This document shows positions 1 through 9,962 of a stretch of DNA of 64,000 nucleotides, piece by piece. The stretch's first letter is position 1; every line of letters starts with the position of its first letter. Source of the stretch: Acidobacteriota bacterium (GTDB lineage: Bacteria; Acidobacteriota; CAIWXX01); contig JBFMAF010000044.1 of assembly GCA_040755995.1 (NCBI GenBank), positions 35,067 to 99,066 on the forward strand. The letters run 5' to 3'. Under the pieces are notes generated by a model, which worked only from the letters and a program-made list of their open reading frames with translations, did no database searches and was not told the DNA's origin. The position numbers were made by a program, and so were the translations under genes.

Positions 1-192
1 AGTCGCGTCTCGGTCACCGCACCCATCGGTTCCACAGTACCCTCACAAACCTTGCCGGTCTGCGTGCGCACGGCACTGCGGACCGGTGACATCGCGAGCA
101 GCTTCGGCCAGTCTGCCATGGACTCTGCCCATGGTCGCCCGGCTTGACCTTCCCGCATCCGGATCCCTCGGCCTCAACACCAGGCCGCAGCG

Positions 193-1653
193 TCAGTGTC
201 CGTCATCCGCCTTCCACGCGCTCGACAGCTCCTGGGTCAGCTCCAGGTACGTGCGGCCGCACTTCCTGCTCGGTTCGATGTACGTGTGTTCCCACCACTC
301 GTTCCACGACGTGATGAAAAGCCAGTCGGGGCCGCTGTCGATGGCGGCGTCGAACGTGGCCCGATAGAACTCACCGTTCGCCCGGTCGAGGGTCGGTGTG
401 GTACGCCCCGGGATGAGATGATCGTCGTAGCCGGGCTGCACCGTGGCAGCCCAGATGCGCGGCTCCGGCGCCTGCATCAGCAACGGGAAGTTGTGGACCG
501 CCCGGCGCGTTCTCGAGTAGACACCGGCGAGGTCGGTGGGCACCTTCTCGATTGAGTCCACGAAGTTCACCACGTTGTACGTGTGCAGACCCGCGAAAAC
601 GTCGAGTACATCAAGCTTGGGCCAGGCGGAAGTGAACTCGGCGATGAGAGCCGCCTCGCGCCCCGTCGAGTGCAGGATCTCAAGAATGTCTCTCCAGGTG
701 GATGCCGGCACCGTGTGAGACGCCCACATGACGAAAACGGGCTTGCCGTCCAGCCTCATGTAGGCAGGGTGATTGCCGTATTTCGTGATCGCATACTTGA
801 GCCAGGCGATGATCTCGGTCTTCTCTCTCGGTACCGTATTCCCATCCGCATCTGTCGTGAGGAGCTCGAAGTTGATCATCACCTTGAAGTCACTCTTCGT
901 TGCTTCCTCCAGGAGTTTCCCCAGATTCGCATCCGTGTAAGTTCCGGGCCCCCACCAGGACGACAGGAATCCGTCGATACCCGCCAGCTTCGCCTGATTG
1001 ACGTGCCTGGCGATAATCGCGGGATCGTCAGAGTCGTAGTAGCCGCCGGCAGGTCGATCGGAGAGGATCGTGGTGTCCCAGGGGATGTCATACCAAGGGT
1101 AGTAGAAAGCCCATATCATCTTCTGCGGCTCGATTCTCGGCGGCGTGCCGCTGAGGGGAGTCGAAGCCGCGAGGGAGCTCAGGTCCATCTCAAACTGCTG
1201 TGATTCGACCGAGTTGAATTGATACGTTCGGATGAGATCGGTCCCGCCCGCCCGCACCTTGTAGACCTGGAGGGTCGCAGGACCCTCGCCAAGCCCACGG
1301 TAGATGCATGGGAGCGGTGACGCGATTCCGGCGGCCTTCACGGCGCAATCAGCTGTGATCGCCACCTCAGTGCCGGCCGTCTTCGGCCCCACCCAGATTC
1401 CCCCGAGTGTCACGCCGTGCTTGTGGGTCTCTCCGTAGACAGCCATCTGGCGGACCGTGAGGAGCCTGCCAGTGTCACGCACCTCGACACTGGCCACCCC
1501 TTCGGTCGCCTTCAGTTTCAAACGCACTCTGTAGTACTCGACGGCCTCGGACGCGCGCGGGGAGTCCTGCGCTATCGCGGGCCGCGCGTGAGCGATCATC
1601 ACACCCAGCGCACACAGGGCAAACGCCCTCAGGCCTCGCGTTGCTGGTCTCAT
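193..1653 (-). CDS. Secreted glycoside hydrolase, GH99/GH71-like (endo-alpha-mannosidase-like)
   Basis: Motifs AFYYPWY, YDSDDP..I..H...AK.AGIDGF..SWWG, ATVQPGYDD and ITSWNEWWEHTYIEPS are typical of GH99-like proteins. Start moved to ATG 1653 (AAGGAG RBS, signal-peptide-like MRPATRGLRAFALCALG...AIA). Confidence 0.8.
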   Translation of the reverse strand: MRPATRGLRAFALCALGVMIAHARPAIAQDSPRASEAVEYYRVRLKLKATEGVASVEVRDTGRLLTVRQMAVYGETHKHGVTLGGIWVGPKTAGTEVAITADCAVKAAGIASPLPCIYRGLGEGPATLQVYKVRAGGTDLIRTYQFNSVESQQFEMDLSSLAASTPLSGTPPRIEPQKMIWAFYYPWYDIPWDTTILSDRPAGGYYDSDDPAIIARHVNQAKLAGIDGFLSSWWGPGTYTDANLGKLLEEATKSDFKVMINFELLTTDADGNTVPREKTEIIAWLKYAITKYGNHPAYMRLDGKPVFVMWASHTVPASTWRDILEILHSTGREAALIAEFTSAWPKLDVLDVFAGLHTYNVVNFVDSIEKVPTDLAGVYSRTRRAVHNFPLLMQAPEPRIWAATVQPGYDDHLIPGRTTPTLDRANGEFYRATFDAAIDSGPDWLFITSWNEWWEHTYIEPSRKCGRTYLELTQELSSAWKADDGH

Positions 1654-1931
1654 CAGAGTCCTCCTTCGGCGGCTTCTCAACCGCCCCAAGCAGTCATGTG
1701 CGGCGCCGGACAGTGCGACCGGCGTTCCGTTCATTCGACCCTCCGCCTGATCATCTCCGTTCTCTACCCAGCAACAACGACGCACGGCAGGGAGATATTA
1801 TGGGAGCAGCTCCAACATGTGACCCGGATCACCCGACGCGATCAGCCGGCGTCGTTCGACCCGCGCAGGCGCCGGCAAGCAATTTTGCGATAATAGAGCA
1901 CCTGCCTCTGACGTTATAATAGACTGAAAGC

Positions 1932-2474
1932 ATGCAGCCGGATGAGCAACTGGTTCAGTTGTACCGGGAGGGGGACGAGGGGGCCTTCGAGGAGCTCTTC
2001 TCGAGGTACCGCCGGCCTGTTTTCGGCTTCATCCTAAAGATGCTCGGCAACAGGCCGGCGGCCGAGGACGTCTTTCAGGAGGTGTTCGCCAGGGTCCACG
2101 CGCGAATACGCGAGTACGAGTCCAACGAGAAGTTCTCGGGGTGGCTCTACACGATCGCATACCACCTCTGCGTGGATGCGCAGCGAAGGCAGAGAAGGCA
2201 GTGGTGGCTGCGCTTCGGCGCGGAGGCTCCCGAGCCGCGTTCCACGATGAATCCGGAAGATGAGGCAGCGAGTCGCGAGATGAAGGAGCTTGTCGCGGCA
2301 CAGGTGGAGCACCTGGATCGGAGGCTGAAAGAGGTCTTCCTCCTGCGGACCCACGGGAACCTCCTGTTTCGTGAAATCGCAATGTTGCTCGATGTGCCGC
2401 TGAACACAGTGCTGGTCCGGTATCACCAGGCCGTATTGGCATTGCGGGAAGCGCTCAAGGAAGGTGTCAGGTGA
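1932..2474 (+). CDS. ECF-family RNA polymerase sigma-70 factor
   Basis: GDEGAFEELFSRY, AEDVFQEVF, FSGWLYTIA and region-4 REIAMLLDVPLNTV. Confidence 0.92.
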   Translation: MQPDEQLVQLYREGDEGAFEELFSRYRRPVFGFILKMLGNRPAAEDVFQEVFARVHARIREYESNEKFSGWLYTIAYHLCVDAQRRQRRQWWLRFGAEAPEPRSTMNPEDEAASREMKELVAAQVEHLDRRLKEVFLLRTHGNLLFREIAMLLDVPLNTVLVRYHQAVLALREALKEGVR

Positions 2475-2926
2475 CCTGCGAAGAATTGCAGACGAAGGCG
2501 ATCTACTTGGCCGAGGACGATGCTTCTATGAGGGAGCAGGTGGAGGCGCACATCGCCGGATGCGCCGGCTGCTCCGCGTGGCGTGAGGAGTACCAGCGGG
2601 TCCTGCAGGCCTACTCGAGGACGATCCACGAGGAGGCACCGGCGCTAGTCCGGCGGCGCGCGCGACTTCCCCTTTCGCTGCTGCTCGCCGCTGCCGCAAC
2701 GCTCCTGGTGGCGATCGGGATCGTGTTCTTGGTGGATTGGCGGCCGGCCACGCAGGAGGCCCCCATCTCATCCCCAGCCAGCGGTGCTCTCACACCCGCT
2801 CCTCCATCGCCGGCGCGGGCCGAGGACGTTCTCGCTGCACCAGACAGCGATTTCGATGCGCGCCTCGACGCCGTTCATCAGAGGGTCGCCTCGTTGAAAC
2901 GCGAGCTCTCAGCCACGGAGTTCTAA
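2471..2926 (+). CDS. Zinc-finger (ZAS-type) transmembrane anti-sigma factor
   Basis: HxxxCxxC (HIAGCAGC), one TM helix, GTGA overlap with the ECF sigma gene. Confidence 0.8.
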   Translation: MTCEELQTKAIYLAEDDASMREQVEAHIAGCAGCSAWREEYQRVLQAYSRTIHEEAPALVRRRARLPLSLLLAAAATLLVAIGIVFLVDWRPATQEAPISSPASGALTPAPPSPARAEDVLAAPDSDFDARLDAVHQRVASLKRELSATEF

Positions 2927-2930
2927 GAAG

Positions 2931-3584
2931 ATGATCAGCAACGCGAGACACACACGGTTCACCGCATCGGCAATTCGCAGGCCGGTGCCTGCGAGATCCG
3001 AGCATACGGCGATGCCGGGTCCGGGCGGAGCACGGATGGCCATGATGATCGCGATACTCGGAATTCTCGTACCGGCCGTTTGCGGCGGGACTCCACAGTC
3101 CGCCGCTAACCAGGTGACGGCACAGGAGGAGCGCGAGGTCATGGACTTCCTGCTCCCACTCGCGCCGAACATCACGGCCGAGCTGACGACTCTGAAGGCC
3201 AGCGACCCCGCGGCTTACACACAGAGGATCAGGAACCTGCTGGACAAGAAGCACAGGCTCGACGAGTTGAAGAGAAACGACCCTGCGGGCTACGAATCAC
3301 GCATTGAGGAGATCAGGCTGGAACAGAGGAGCCTGTATCTGTCGCAGCAGTACAGGGCAACGAAGGACCCGGCGGCACAGGCCCGTGTCAAGCAGGAGCT
3401 CACGACCGTTCTCGATCACCTCTTCGACATTCGCGGCCGGAACCGCGAAGCGGAGATACGGGCGCTCGAGGCCGAGATCGGGCGGTTGAAGGAGGCTCTG
3501 GCGGCACGCCAGCACAACAGAGAGGCGATACTGAAGGGCAAGCTGGAGGAGATGCTCGGCGAGAGCCCCGTTCGCGAGTGGTGA
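2931..3584 (+). CDS. Putative periplasmic helical protein of the ECF operon (start may be 3012 or 3036)
   Basis: Hydrophobic signal-like segment MAMMIAILGILVPAVCG followed by a charged coiled-coil region; sits directly after the anti-sigma gene. Confidence 0.55.
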   Translation: MISNARHTRFTASAIRRPVPARSEHTAMPGPGGARMAMMIAILGILVPAVCGGTPQSAANQVTAQEEREVMDFLLPLAPNITAELTTLKASDPAAYTQRIRNLLDKKHRLDELKRNDPAGYESRIEEIRLEQRSLYLSQQYRATKDPAAQARVKQELTTVLDHLFDIRGRNREAEIRALEAEIGRLKEALAARQHNREAILKGKLEEMLGESPVREW

Positions 3585-3811
3585 CCGTTCCAGTCGAAAT
3601 GACGGATCGACTACGGAGTGCGCGTGCTCCTGCGACCTGCTGCGGGACAGCCATTATTGATCCAGCACACAGCCCGACCTGATCAGAAGAGCTGGCCGCC
3701 TTGTGCGCGTAATAAAAGACGGAGATCGGTCGTTGTATCTGGGCAGAGCGCGGTTGAGTATCCGGGGCCCGCGGTGGGACACGGGGATTCGACCCGGCAC
3801 AAGGAGGAGAA

Positions 3812-5161
3812 ATGATCGCCCAGAACAGCAGGAAATCCCGCATGACGCAGTGCAGCAGCAGTCGCAAGGCACTTCTACTTGGCATGGCGGTGCCGCTTCT
3901 CATGGTGATCAGCCAGGTTTGCATCTGTGCTGAGCCGCTCGGCGACACGAACGACTTGACGTTCGCAGCCGATGCCGCCGCACCCAAGGTCATCTTCGTC
4001 GACATCAACTGCCCCACATGTAGCAACGGCAACCCCGGCACCGAGAGCGCGCCCCTGTGTAGCATCCAGGCGGCAGCGAACCGCGCTGCTCCGGGCACGA
4101 CGATCTTCGTGAAGGAGGGCACCTACAATGAGATGGTGACTGTGCGGAAGTCCGGCCAGCGCGGCAGGATGATCAAGTTCCTGGCATGCGACGGTGACCA
4201 CGTGGTGATCGACTCACCAAGCTACGCTTGCTTCGACCTGGCCGGAGTACAGTACATCAAGATACATGGGTTCGAGCTTACGGGGGCGTACGGTGGAGCA
4301 GGAACCCCCGTGGCGCATGGCGCCGGAATCAAGGCGTTTCCGCTGACAAGGACGGGGTACGGAGCCCAGAACTGCATGTTCGCGAACAACGTGATCCACC
4401 ACAACGATGCCGGGCTTCACCTCGTTGCAAGTCACCGCAACTTCATCCAGAACAATGTCGTCTCGTACAGCGACGAGGCGCCGATACGCATCAAGCGCGG
4501 CGACATGAACCGGATCGTGAACAATCTGACGTTCAACAACGGCGTCAAAGAGGCATGGGGGATCACCTTCTATGGGGGGCTCGGCACCAAGGTCATCCAC
4601 AATACGATAGTGGAGCCTGCGGGCGGAGCGGTGTACATATACGAGGGGACGAGCAACCTGGACGGCGCGAAGCCGGGGTCCGAGGGCTTCTGCATCCCCA
4701 GCGCACACTCGCGCGTCCGTGACAACATCTGTGTGGTGGGCGGAACCGCCGACACTGACAGCGTGCCGCTCGTGATCGGTAGCAGCACCACGACCGATCG
4801 TGACCCGGTGATCGAGGAGCTCTACGGGCCGATCGACAACGAGTACCGGTACAACCTGTTCTTCAATGCCAACGAGCCGGATGCGATCGTGAGCTGGGGA
4901 GACCTGAGTGAGAAGCAGACGTTTCCGTACTACGACCTGCTGAGCTTGAGCGAATTCCAGGCCAAGCATCCGCATTACGGCGCGAACTGTGTCGCAGCTG
5001 ATCCATTGTTCACGGACGCAGCTAACGACGACTTCACGTTGAGCCCGAGCAGCCCTGCGAAGAACAGTGCATCCGATGGGAAGGACATCGGCGTGGATTT
5101 CTCCTCTTTGCCGGCCGCTGTCCAATTCACCCGCCAGACGTGGGCAGCGGTGAACCACTGA
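3812..5161 (+). CDS. Secreted right-handed parallel beta-helix protein (DUF1565/pectate-lyase-like fold)
   Basis: GNPGTESAPLCSIQAAA, PGTTIFVKEGTYNE, Asn-rich repeats, ADPLF...DFTL...SPA...DIG ending; AAGGAGG RBS. Confidence 0.8.
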   Translation: MIAQNSRKSRMTQCSSSRKALLLGMAVPLLMVISQVCICAEPLGDTNDLTFAADAAAPKVIFVDINCPTCSNGNPGTESAPLCSIQAAANRAAPGTTIFVKEGTYNEMVTVRKSGQRGRMIKFLACDGDHVVIDSPSYACFDLAGVQYIKIHGFELTGAYGGAGTPVAHGAGIKAFPLTRTGYGAQNCMFANNVIHHNDAGLHLVASHRNFIQNNVVSYSDEAPIRIKRGDMNRIVNNLTFNNGVKEAWGITFYGGLGTKVIHNTIVEPAGGAVYIYEGTSNLDGAKPGSEGFCIPSAHSRVRDNICVVGGTADTDSVPLVIGSSTTTDRDPVIEELYGPIDNEYRYNLFFNANEPDAIVSWGDLSEKQTFPYYDLLSLSEFQAKHPHYGANCVAADPLFTDAANDDFTLSPSSPAKNSASDGKDIGVDFSSLPAAVQFTRQTWAAVNH

Positions 5162-5253
5162 GCCTCTTGATTGCGGCCCGTCTGCATTAGGGAAACGCAA
5201 CTCACTCGTCGCGAGGGGTCGCGTCGCGTTCACCCGCCACCGACCAATCGCCC

Positions 5254-5946
5254 CTATCGGATCTGCCGGACGATTCTCATCGCCGATTCGTCCAGCCCCT
5301 TGCTCAACTCGCCCGTCATCTGCACCATCCGGCTGACCTTGAACAGGTTCTGCTGGATCTGTCTCAACTGACGCATGCCATCCGGATTGCCCGCGTCCAC
5401 GTTCACCATGTTCTTCTCGAGTCGGGCCGTGTGGTCCAGAGCCTTGCGGCCCTGGCCCCTGCCGTGGGGCATGGCGGCAGAGACCTCGCCGGCCGTCTCA
5501 CCGAGTGGTGGAGCACTTACTCCGATCCTGTCGAGCTGGCCCAACGTTCGTTGGATCGAGCCCAAGGAGTCGCCGAGTTTCTGCAGAGCCTCGCTGCCGG
5601 GCCGCAGCAGGTTCGCCACGTTGTTCATGACGTTGGCGCCGAGACCGGCGAGGCTGATATTCCTGTGGCCGGGACCGAACGACCTCGTGGTCAACGCGGT
5701 CCTGCCGGTTCGGGGAATCGTCGGAAACTGGCCACGAGGCGCCACGATCTTTCCTGCGCCGCCTCCGAGCGCTCCCGCCTCGCCCAACTTCCTCCCGATG
5801 CCTGCGGCGATCTTCGAGAAGGTGTCGCCCACTCGCTTCATCTTGCCGAGCTCGCGGCTCGACACGCCCTTCGCGAGGCCACCGGCGATATTCCGCGCCA
5901 TAGGTGCTATGTGCCCGGCCGCGCCGGCTCCAAGCGCGATCTTCAT
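5254..5946 (-). CDS. Hypothetical Gly/Ala-rich protein with a needle/pilin-like helical C-terminus
   Basis: GAGGAGG RBS before ATG 5946; C-terminus QIQQNLFKVSRMVQMTGELSKGLDESAMRIVRQIR. Confidence 0.55.
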   Translation of the reverse strand: MKIALGAGAAGHIAPMARNIAGGLAKGVSSRELGKMKRVGDTFSKIAAGIGRKLGEAGALGGGAGKIVAPRGQFPTIPRTGRTALTTRSFGPGHRNISLAGLGANVMNNVANLLRPGSEALQKLGDSLGSIQRTLGQLDRIGVSAPPLGETAGEVSAAMPHGRGQGRKALDHTARLEKNMVNVDAGNPDGMRQLRQIQQNLFKVSRMVQMTGELSKGLDESAMRIVRQIR

Positions 5947-6222
5947 GCCCGCCCTCCTCGCGTGCCGTGACACCCAACGGCCGGAATAGCAGACACCACG
6001 CCTGCCTTCCTGTCAGTGATTATCGCACGAACGGGTGGCGTGTTACGAGTGTGCGTGGCCGACACGGCCTGTGCGGTAGCTCGTGCAAACAGACCTCAAT
6101 GGCCGAGGATGGATCGGACTGGTCGTCTGCGCGATGGCGCCTTCGCGCCTCGTTGCTCGCAATGGGAACGATAGGTTAAAATACGCGCGTATCATCGTCC
6201 ACGGTTAGCCGGGAGGTTCGCA

Positions 6223-7977
6223 GTGGAGGCCACAGGTCGAGGCAGTCTCTCTCTGACGCGCGACGGCATCATTGGGAGAGACGATGACGTGGAGTACTCG
6301 CTGGAACACGTGTCGATATCCAGGCGTCATTGCGAGGTGAAGATCGAGAAGAACCGTGTCGAAGTGCGTGATCTGGGGAGCCGTAATGGGACCTGGCTGA
6401 ATGGACGGCGGATCGAGCAGGCCGTTCTGGCCCCCGGCGACACCGTTCAGCTCGGGACTCTCAAGTTCACCGTCACCCAGTGCCAGAACGGAGTCCTGTT
6501 GCAGCCGTCTGCGGAACAAAGCGGTGCCCCGGCGCCGCCTGTCCCGGCTGGCGATCGGCAAGTGAAGGATTCCGCCACCTTGGTCGCCACGCAGGGACTC
6601 TTCAATCAAGCGTTGGATTCGTGGCGCGTGCGCATAGGATGCCAGGCGCTTCTGTTGTTCGAGTTCGGCAGGGGAGGCTCCGTGCTGATCGCAGAGAGTG
6701 CCGGCGGCGAGTACGTGGTGAGCGCGACGGTCCTCGCCGTGGTCTCTCGCAAGGCCGGCCCCGTGTGGGCGCCCCGGGACGTTCCCGCGAAGGCGGCCAG
6801 CCTTCAGGGATGCATGGCCACCTCCATCTACTGCCGTCCGATTTACCAGCGCGAGGACGGCGTCATTGCGGCCTACGCATACTGGCCATTCGGCTGCCCG
6901 CAGATCGAGACGGCCGAGCAGCAGGTAGTGCAGACGGGTGAGGTGATCGGGACGTGGGCCTGGGAACGATCTCACCCTCCGGCCCCACAGGAGGGCTTGG
7001 CTGAGCCGGCGCTTCGAACGGCGCCGTCCATGATCGGCAAGTCACCGGCATTCGTGCAGATGATGGAACACATCCAGAAAGTCGCGCGCACAGACCACCC
7101 TGTCATTCTCATCGGTCCGCCGGGAAGCGGAAAGACCACCGTCGCGCATCTGATACACGAAGGGAGCCGGCGCAGCGTCAAAGCTTTCAGGCGGCTGCAT
7201 TGCGCGAAAATCCCCGCGACGCTGGCCGAGTCGGAGCTGCTTGGGACCAGGCGCGGAGCCTTCAGCGGCGCGCAGGATCGTGAAGGACTGCTGCTCGCCA
7301 CCGACGGCGGCACTCTGTTTCTGGACTCGGTCGAGTCCTGCCCGATCGAGGTGCAGGCGAAGCTGCTGGACGTGCTCGAGGGACGCTCGTTTCGCGCGCT
7401 CGGGAGCACGCGCGAACGAAGCGTCGATCTGCGATGGATCGCTGCGACCAACGAAGACCCGCAGACCCTGATGAAAGAGGGGAAGCTGAGGCGCGATCTG
7501 TGGGATCGCCTTGCCACGCAGGTGATTCTGATACCTCCGCTCTCCGACCGCGTGCCCGACATTCCGTCGCTCGCCATGCACTTCCTCGAACAGGAGCTGG
7601 CCGAAGCATCCGCCTTCCCCGGCATTCGCGGCTTCTCGCCCGAAGCTATCCGCGCCTTGCAGTCGTATGCCTGGCCGGGCAACGTTCGCGAGCTTGCCAA
7701 CGTCGTCAAACGTCTCGTGACACTCGCCACCGATGAGATAGTCTCCGAAGCCGATGTGCGGCGCGCGCTGCAGAGCGCGCAGTCCGGAGAGCCGGGCGCC
7801 GCAGGATACCAGGACCTCTTTGACTTGCCCTACCAGGAAGCCTGCAAGGCTTTTCAAAAGATCTACGTGGAACGGAAGCTAGAGGAGTCAGGACAGAACA
7901 GGAGCGAGGTCGCCAGCAAGATCAAGATCTCGCGCAAGGGGCTCTACAAGATCTTGAAGCGCGTCGGCGCAGAGTGA
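6223..7977 (+). CDS. FHA-domain sigma-54-interacting transcriptional regulator (FHA-AAA+-Fis HTH)
   Basis: FHA motifs IGR, SISRRHC, DLGSRNGTWLNG; Walker A GPPGSGKT; ESELLG..RGAFSGA; YAWPGNVREL; C-terminal HTH. Confidence 0.9.
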   Translation: MEATGRGSLSLTRDGIIGRDDDVEYSLEHVSISRRHCEVKIEKNRVEVRDLGSRNGTWLNGRRIEQAVLAPGDTVQLGTLKFTVTQCQNGVLLQPSAEQSGAPAPPVPAGDRQVKDSATLVATQGLFNQALDSWRVRIGCQALLLFEFGRGGSVLIAESAGGEYVVSATVLAVVSRKAGPVWAPRDVPAKAASLQGCMATSIYCRPIYQREDGVIAAYAYWPFGCPQIETAEQQVVQTGEVIGTWAWERSHPPAPQEGLAEPALRTAPSMIGKSPAFVQMMEHIQKVARTDHPVILIGPPGSGKTTVAHLIHEGSRRSVKAFRRLHCAKIPATLAESELLGTRRGAFSGAQDREGLLLATDGGTLFLDSVESCPIEVQAKLLDVLEGRSFRALGSTRERSVDLRWIAATNEDPQTLMKEGKLRRDLWDRLATQVILIPPLSDRVPDIPSLAMHFLEQELAEASAFPGIRGFSPEAIRALQSYAWPGNVRELANVVKRLVTLATDEIVSEADVRRALQSAQSGEPGAAGYQDLFDLPYQEACKAFQKIYVERKLEESGQNRSEVASKIKISRKGLYKILKRVGAE

Positions 7978-8029
7978 AGCGATTTCAGGTTTCGCGTCTC
8001 AGGGGGGTCCGGCAGCGGAGCAACAGCAG

Positions 8030-8812
8030 GTGAGCATTCTTGTCCAAATCTACGAGATACAGGATCCGGTCGAGGCAGAAACCGTCGTCCGCCTCGGCGT
8101 CAATCGCGTGGGCAGCGTCTTGTTCTCGGCGGCTGAATGGAAGCAGCCCGCGCTCAGGGACGTCAACCGGGTGGCGAGGTCCCTTGGTGCGACACACAGC
8201 ATCATCCCGTTGTTCAACGAGTCGGATCTCTTGTGCCGGGCAGTAGACTACTACGAGCCCCATCTGCTCCACTTCTGTGAAGATCTGGCCGGCGCCACAG
8301 CGCTCGAACTGGACCAACTCGTTGCGGTCCAGCTAGCGCTCAAAGCTCGATACCCGGCACTGAAGATCATGCGCACAATCCCCGTAGGCAGGCCGGGAGC
8401 AGGCCGTTCCATACCGACAGCAGATCTCGCTGCCCACGCAGCGCCCGGCACCGACGTCTACCTGCTCGACACGCGGATAGATGCGCAGCCGGTCGGCGGC
8501 TATGTAGGAATCACGGGACAGACATGCGACTGGGATGTGGCGCGTGAGCTTGCGCGCGACTGCGCCGCACCGGTGATACTGGCCGGAGGCCTGGGACCGG
8601 AGAACGTCTGCGATGCCATCCTGAAGGTCATCCCGACCGGCGTCGACAGTTGCTCCAGGACCAACGTCGCCGACGCCGCGGGGAATCCCCTCCGTCTAAG
8701 GAAGGACTTCGAGAAGGTCAGGAAATTCGTCGAAGAGGTCCGGAGGGCCGAATCGATCCCGAGAAGGCCGTCTTCTCCACCGGTCTCCGATTCGAGCCAC
8801 CGGAACGGATAG
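8030..8812 (+). CDS. trpF: Phosphoribosylanthranilate isomerase-like protein
   Basis: YLLDT, GITGQTCDW, PVILAGGLGPENV, GVDSCS, KDFEKVRKFV. No other trp genes nearby. Confidence 0.75.
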   Translation: MSILVQIYEIQDPVEAETVVRLGVNRVGSVLFSAAEWKQPALRDVNRVARSLGATHSIIPLFNESDLLCRAVDYYEPHLLHFCEDLAGATALELDQLVAVQLALKARYPALKIMRTIPVGRPGAGRSIPTADLAAHAAPGTDVYLLDTRIDAQPVGGYVGITGQTCDWDVARELARDCAAPVILAGGLGPENVCDAILKVIPTGVDSCSRTNVADAAGNPLRLRKDFEKVRKFVEEVRRAESIPRRPSSPPVSDSSHRNG

Positions 8813-8819
8813 AAGTTAC

Positions 8820-9209
8820 ATGCCCGACTCCGTGAGGCTCGACATCTGGCTCGATGTCGCCTGCCTCGCCAAGACGCGCTCGCAGGCCAAGCTGCTGTGC
8901 GAGGGAGGGAAGGTGGACGTCGACGGCGACCGAGCCAAACCCCACAGGGCGTTGAAAGCCGGTGATCGCATTCGGATCACGCTCGGTCCGGGCCATCGCC
9001 GAGAGGTCGTAGTTCGGGAGCTCGCGGAGACGCACGTGCCCAAAGCCAAGGCACGCGAGCTCTACGAAGATGTCACACCGCCGCCGACGGCGGAGGAGCT
9101 GGAGATGCGGCGGCTCCTGAGCCGCGCGCCGCAGGCTCGACGGCCGAGGGGCACCGGCAGGCCGGAGAAGCGCCAGAGGCGCGAGATCGAACGGCTGCGA
9201 GGCAGGTAG
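8820..9209 (+). CDS. hslR: S4-domain RNA-binding heat shock protein Hsp15
   Basis: VRLDIWL...AKTRSQAK...GGKVDVDG..AKP and the GRPEKRQRREI tail. Confidence 0.9.
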   Translation: MPDSVRLDIWLDVACLAKTRSQAKLLCEGGKVDVDGDRAKPHRALKAGDRIRITLGPGHRREVVVRELAETHVPKAKARELYEDVTPPPTAEELEMRRLLSRAPQARRPRGTGRPEKRQRREIERLRGR

Positions 9210-9348
9210 CCCGGCCTGATGCTCCCCGCATCAGGCTCTCGGCGTTGCCCGAGCGAATTCGGGAGGGCTCAGGCGGTGCACCCTTACCAATCAAAATCAA
9301 AGAGACCCTCGATTGAACAAATGCCCATGATGTGATATTTTTGTCAAT

Positions 9349-9582
9349 ATGAAAACCATTGCAGTGTCTATTGACGAGGCATCGCTTGAGCGTCTGGACC
9401 ATCTCGCGGCAGCCGGCCGGCGCCGACGGCGCTCAGCACTCGTCCGGATCGCCGTTCGCGAATACCTGGATCGAGCGATGAAGCAGGATGCCGAATCGCG
9501 TGAGAGCGAGATACTCCACAGGCACCGCCACCGGCTCGCCCGCCAGGCGGCGGCTTTGATCAAGCAACAGGCGGGCCGATGA
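9349..9582 (+). CDS. Ribbon-helix-helix (CopG-type) antitoxin
   Basis: MKTIAVSIDE..L..LD...RSALVRIAVREYL; ATGA overlap with the toxin gene. Confidence 0.85.
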   Translation: MKTIAVSIDEASLERLDHLAAAGRRRRRSALVRIAVREYLDRAMKQDAESRESEILHRHRHRLARQAAALIKQQAGR

Positions 9583-9953
9583 ACCGCGGTGAGATCTACC
9601 GCACGCACGTGCGCGTTCCAGAACGGGGAGACAAGCCCGGGTTCTATGTAATCGTCTCCCGTACCTTCATCGCCCGCCATCCCGATGTGTCGACTGTCGT
9701 TTGTGCGCCGGTGTACAGCGAAGTCCTGGGGCTGGCCACGGAGGTTGTCATAGGGCCCGACGAAGGCGTGCCGCGTACTTCAGCGATCCGTTGCGATTTC
9801 CTGACGCTCATGTTCAAGAACGAGCTCACGCGGTTCGTGGCGACCCTCTCCATCCGTAGGATCGACGAACTGAATCGGGCCCTCGCTCACGCGCTCGATC
9901 TCCCGCGTGGCGTCACCGGGCCGTCCGGTGCTACCGGAGGTCACGATCTGTAG
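9579..9953 (+). CDS. PemK/MazF-family endoribonuclease toxin
   Basis: MNRGEIY, VIVSR, EVVIGPDEGV...SAIRCD, ELNRALAHALDL. Confidence 0.85.
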   Translation: MNRGEIYRTHVRVPERGDKPGFYVIVSRTFIARHPDVSTVVCAPVYSEVLGLATEVVIGPDEGVPRTSAIRCDFLTLMFKNELTRFVATLSIRRIDELNRALAHALDLPRGVTGPSGATGGHDL

Positions 9954-9962
9954 CGCCCACGA

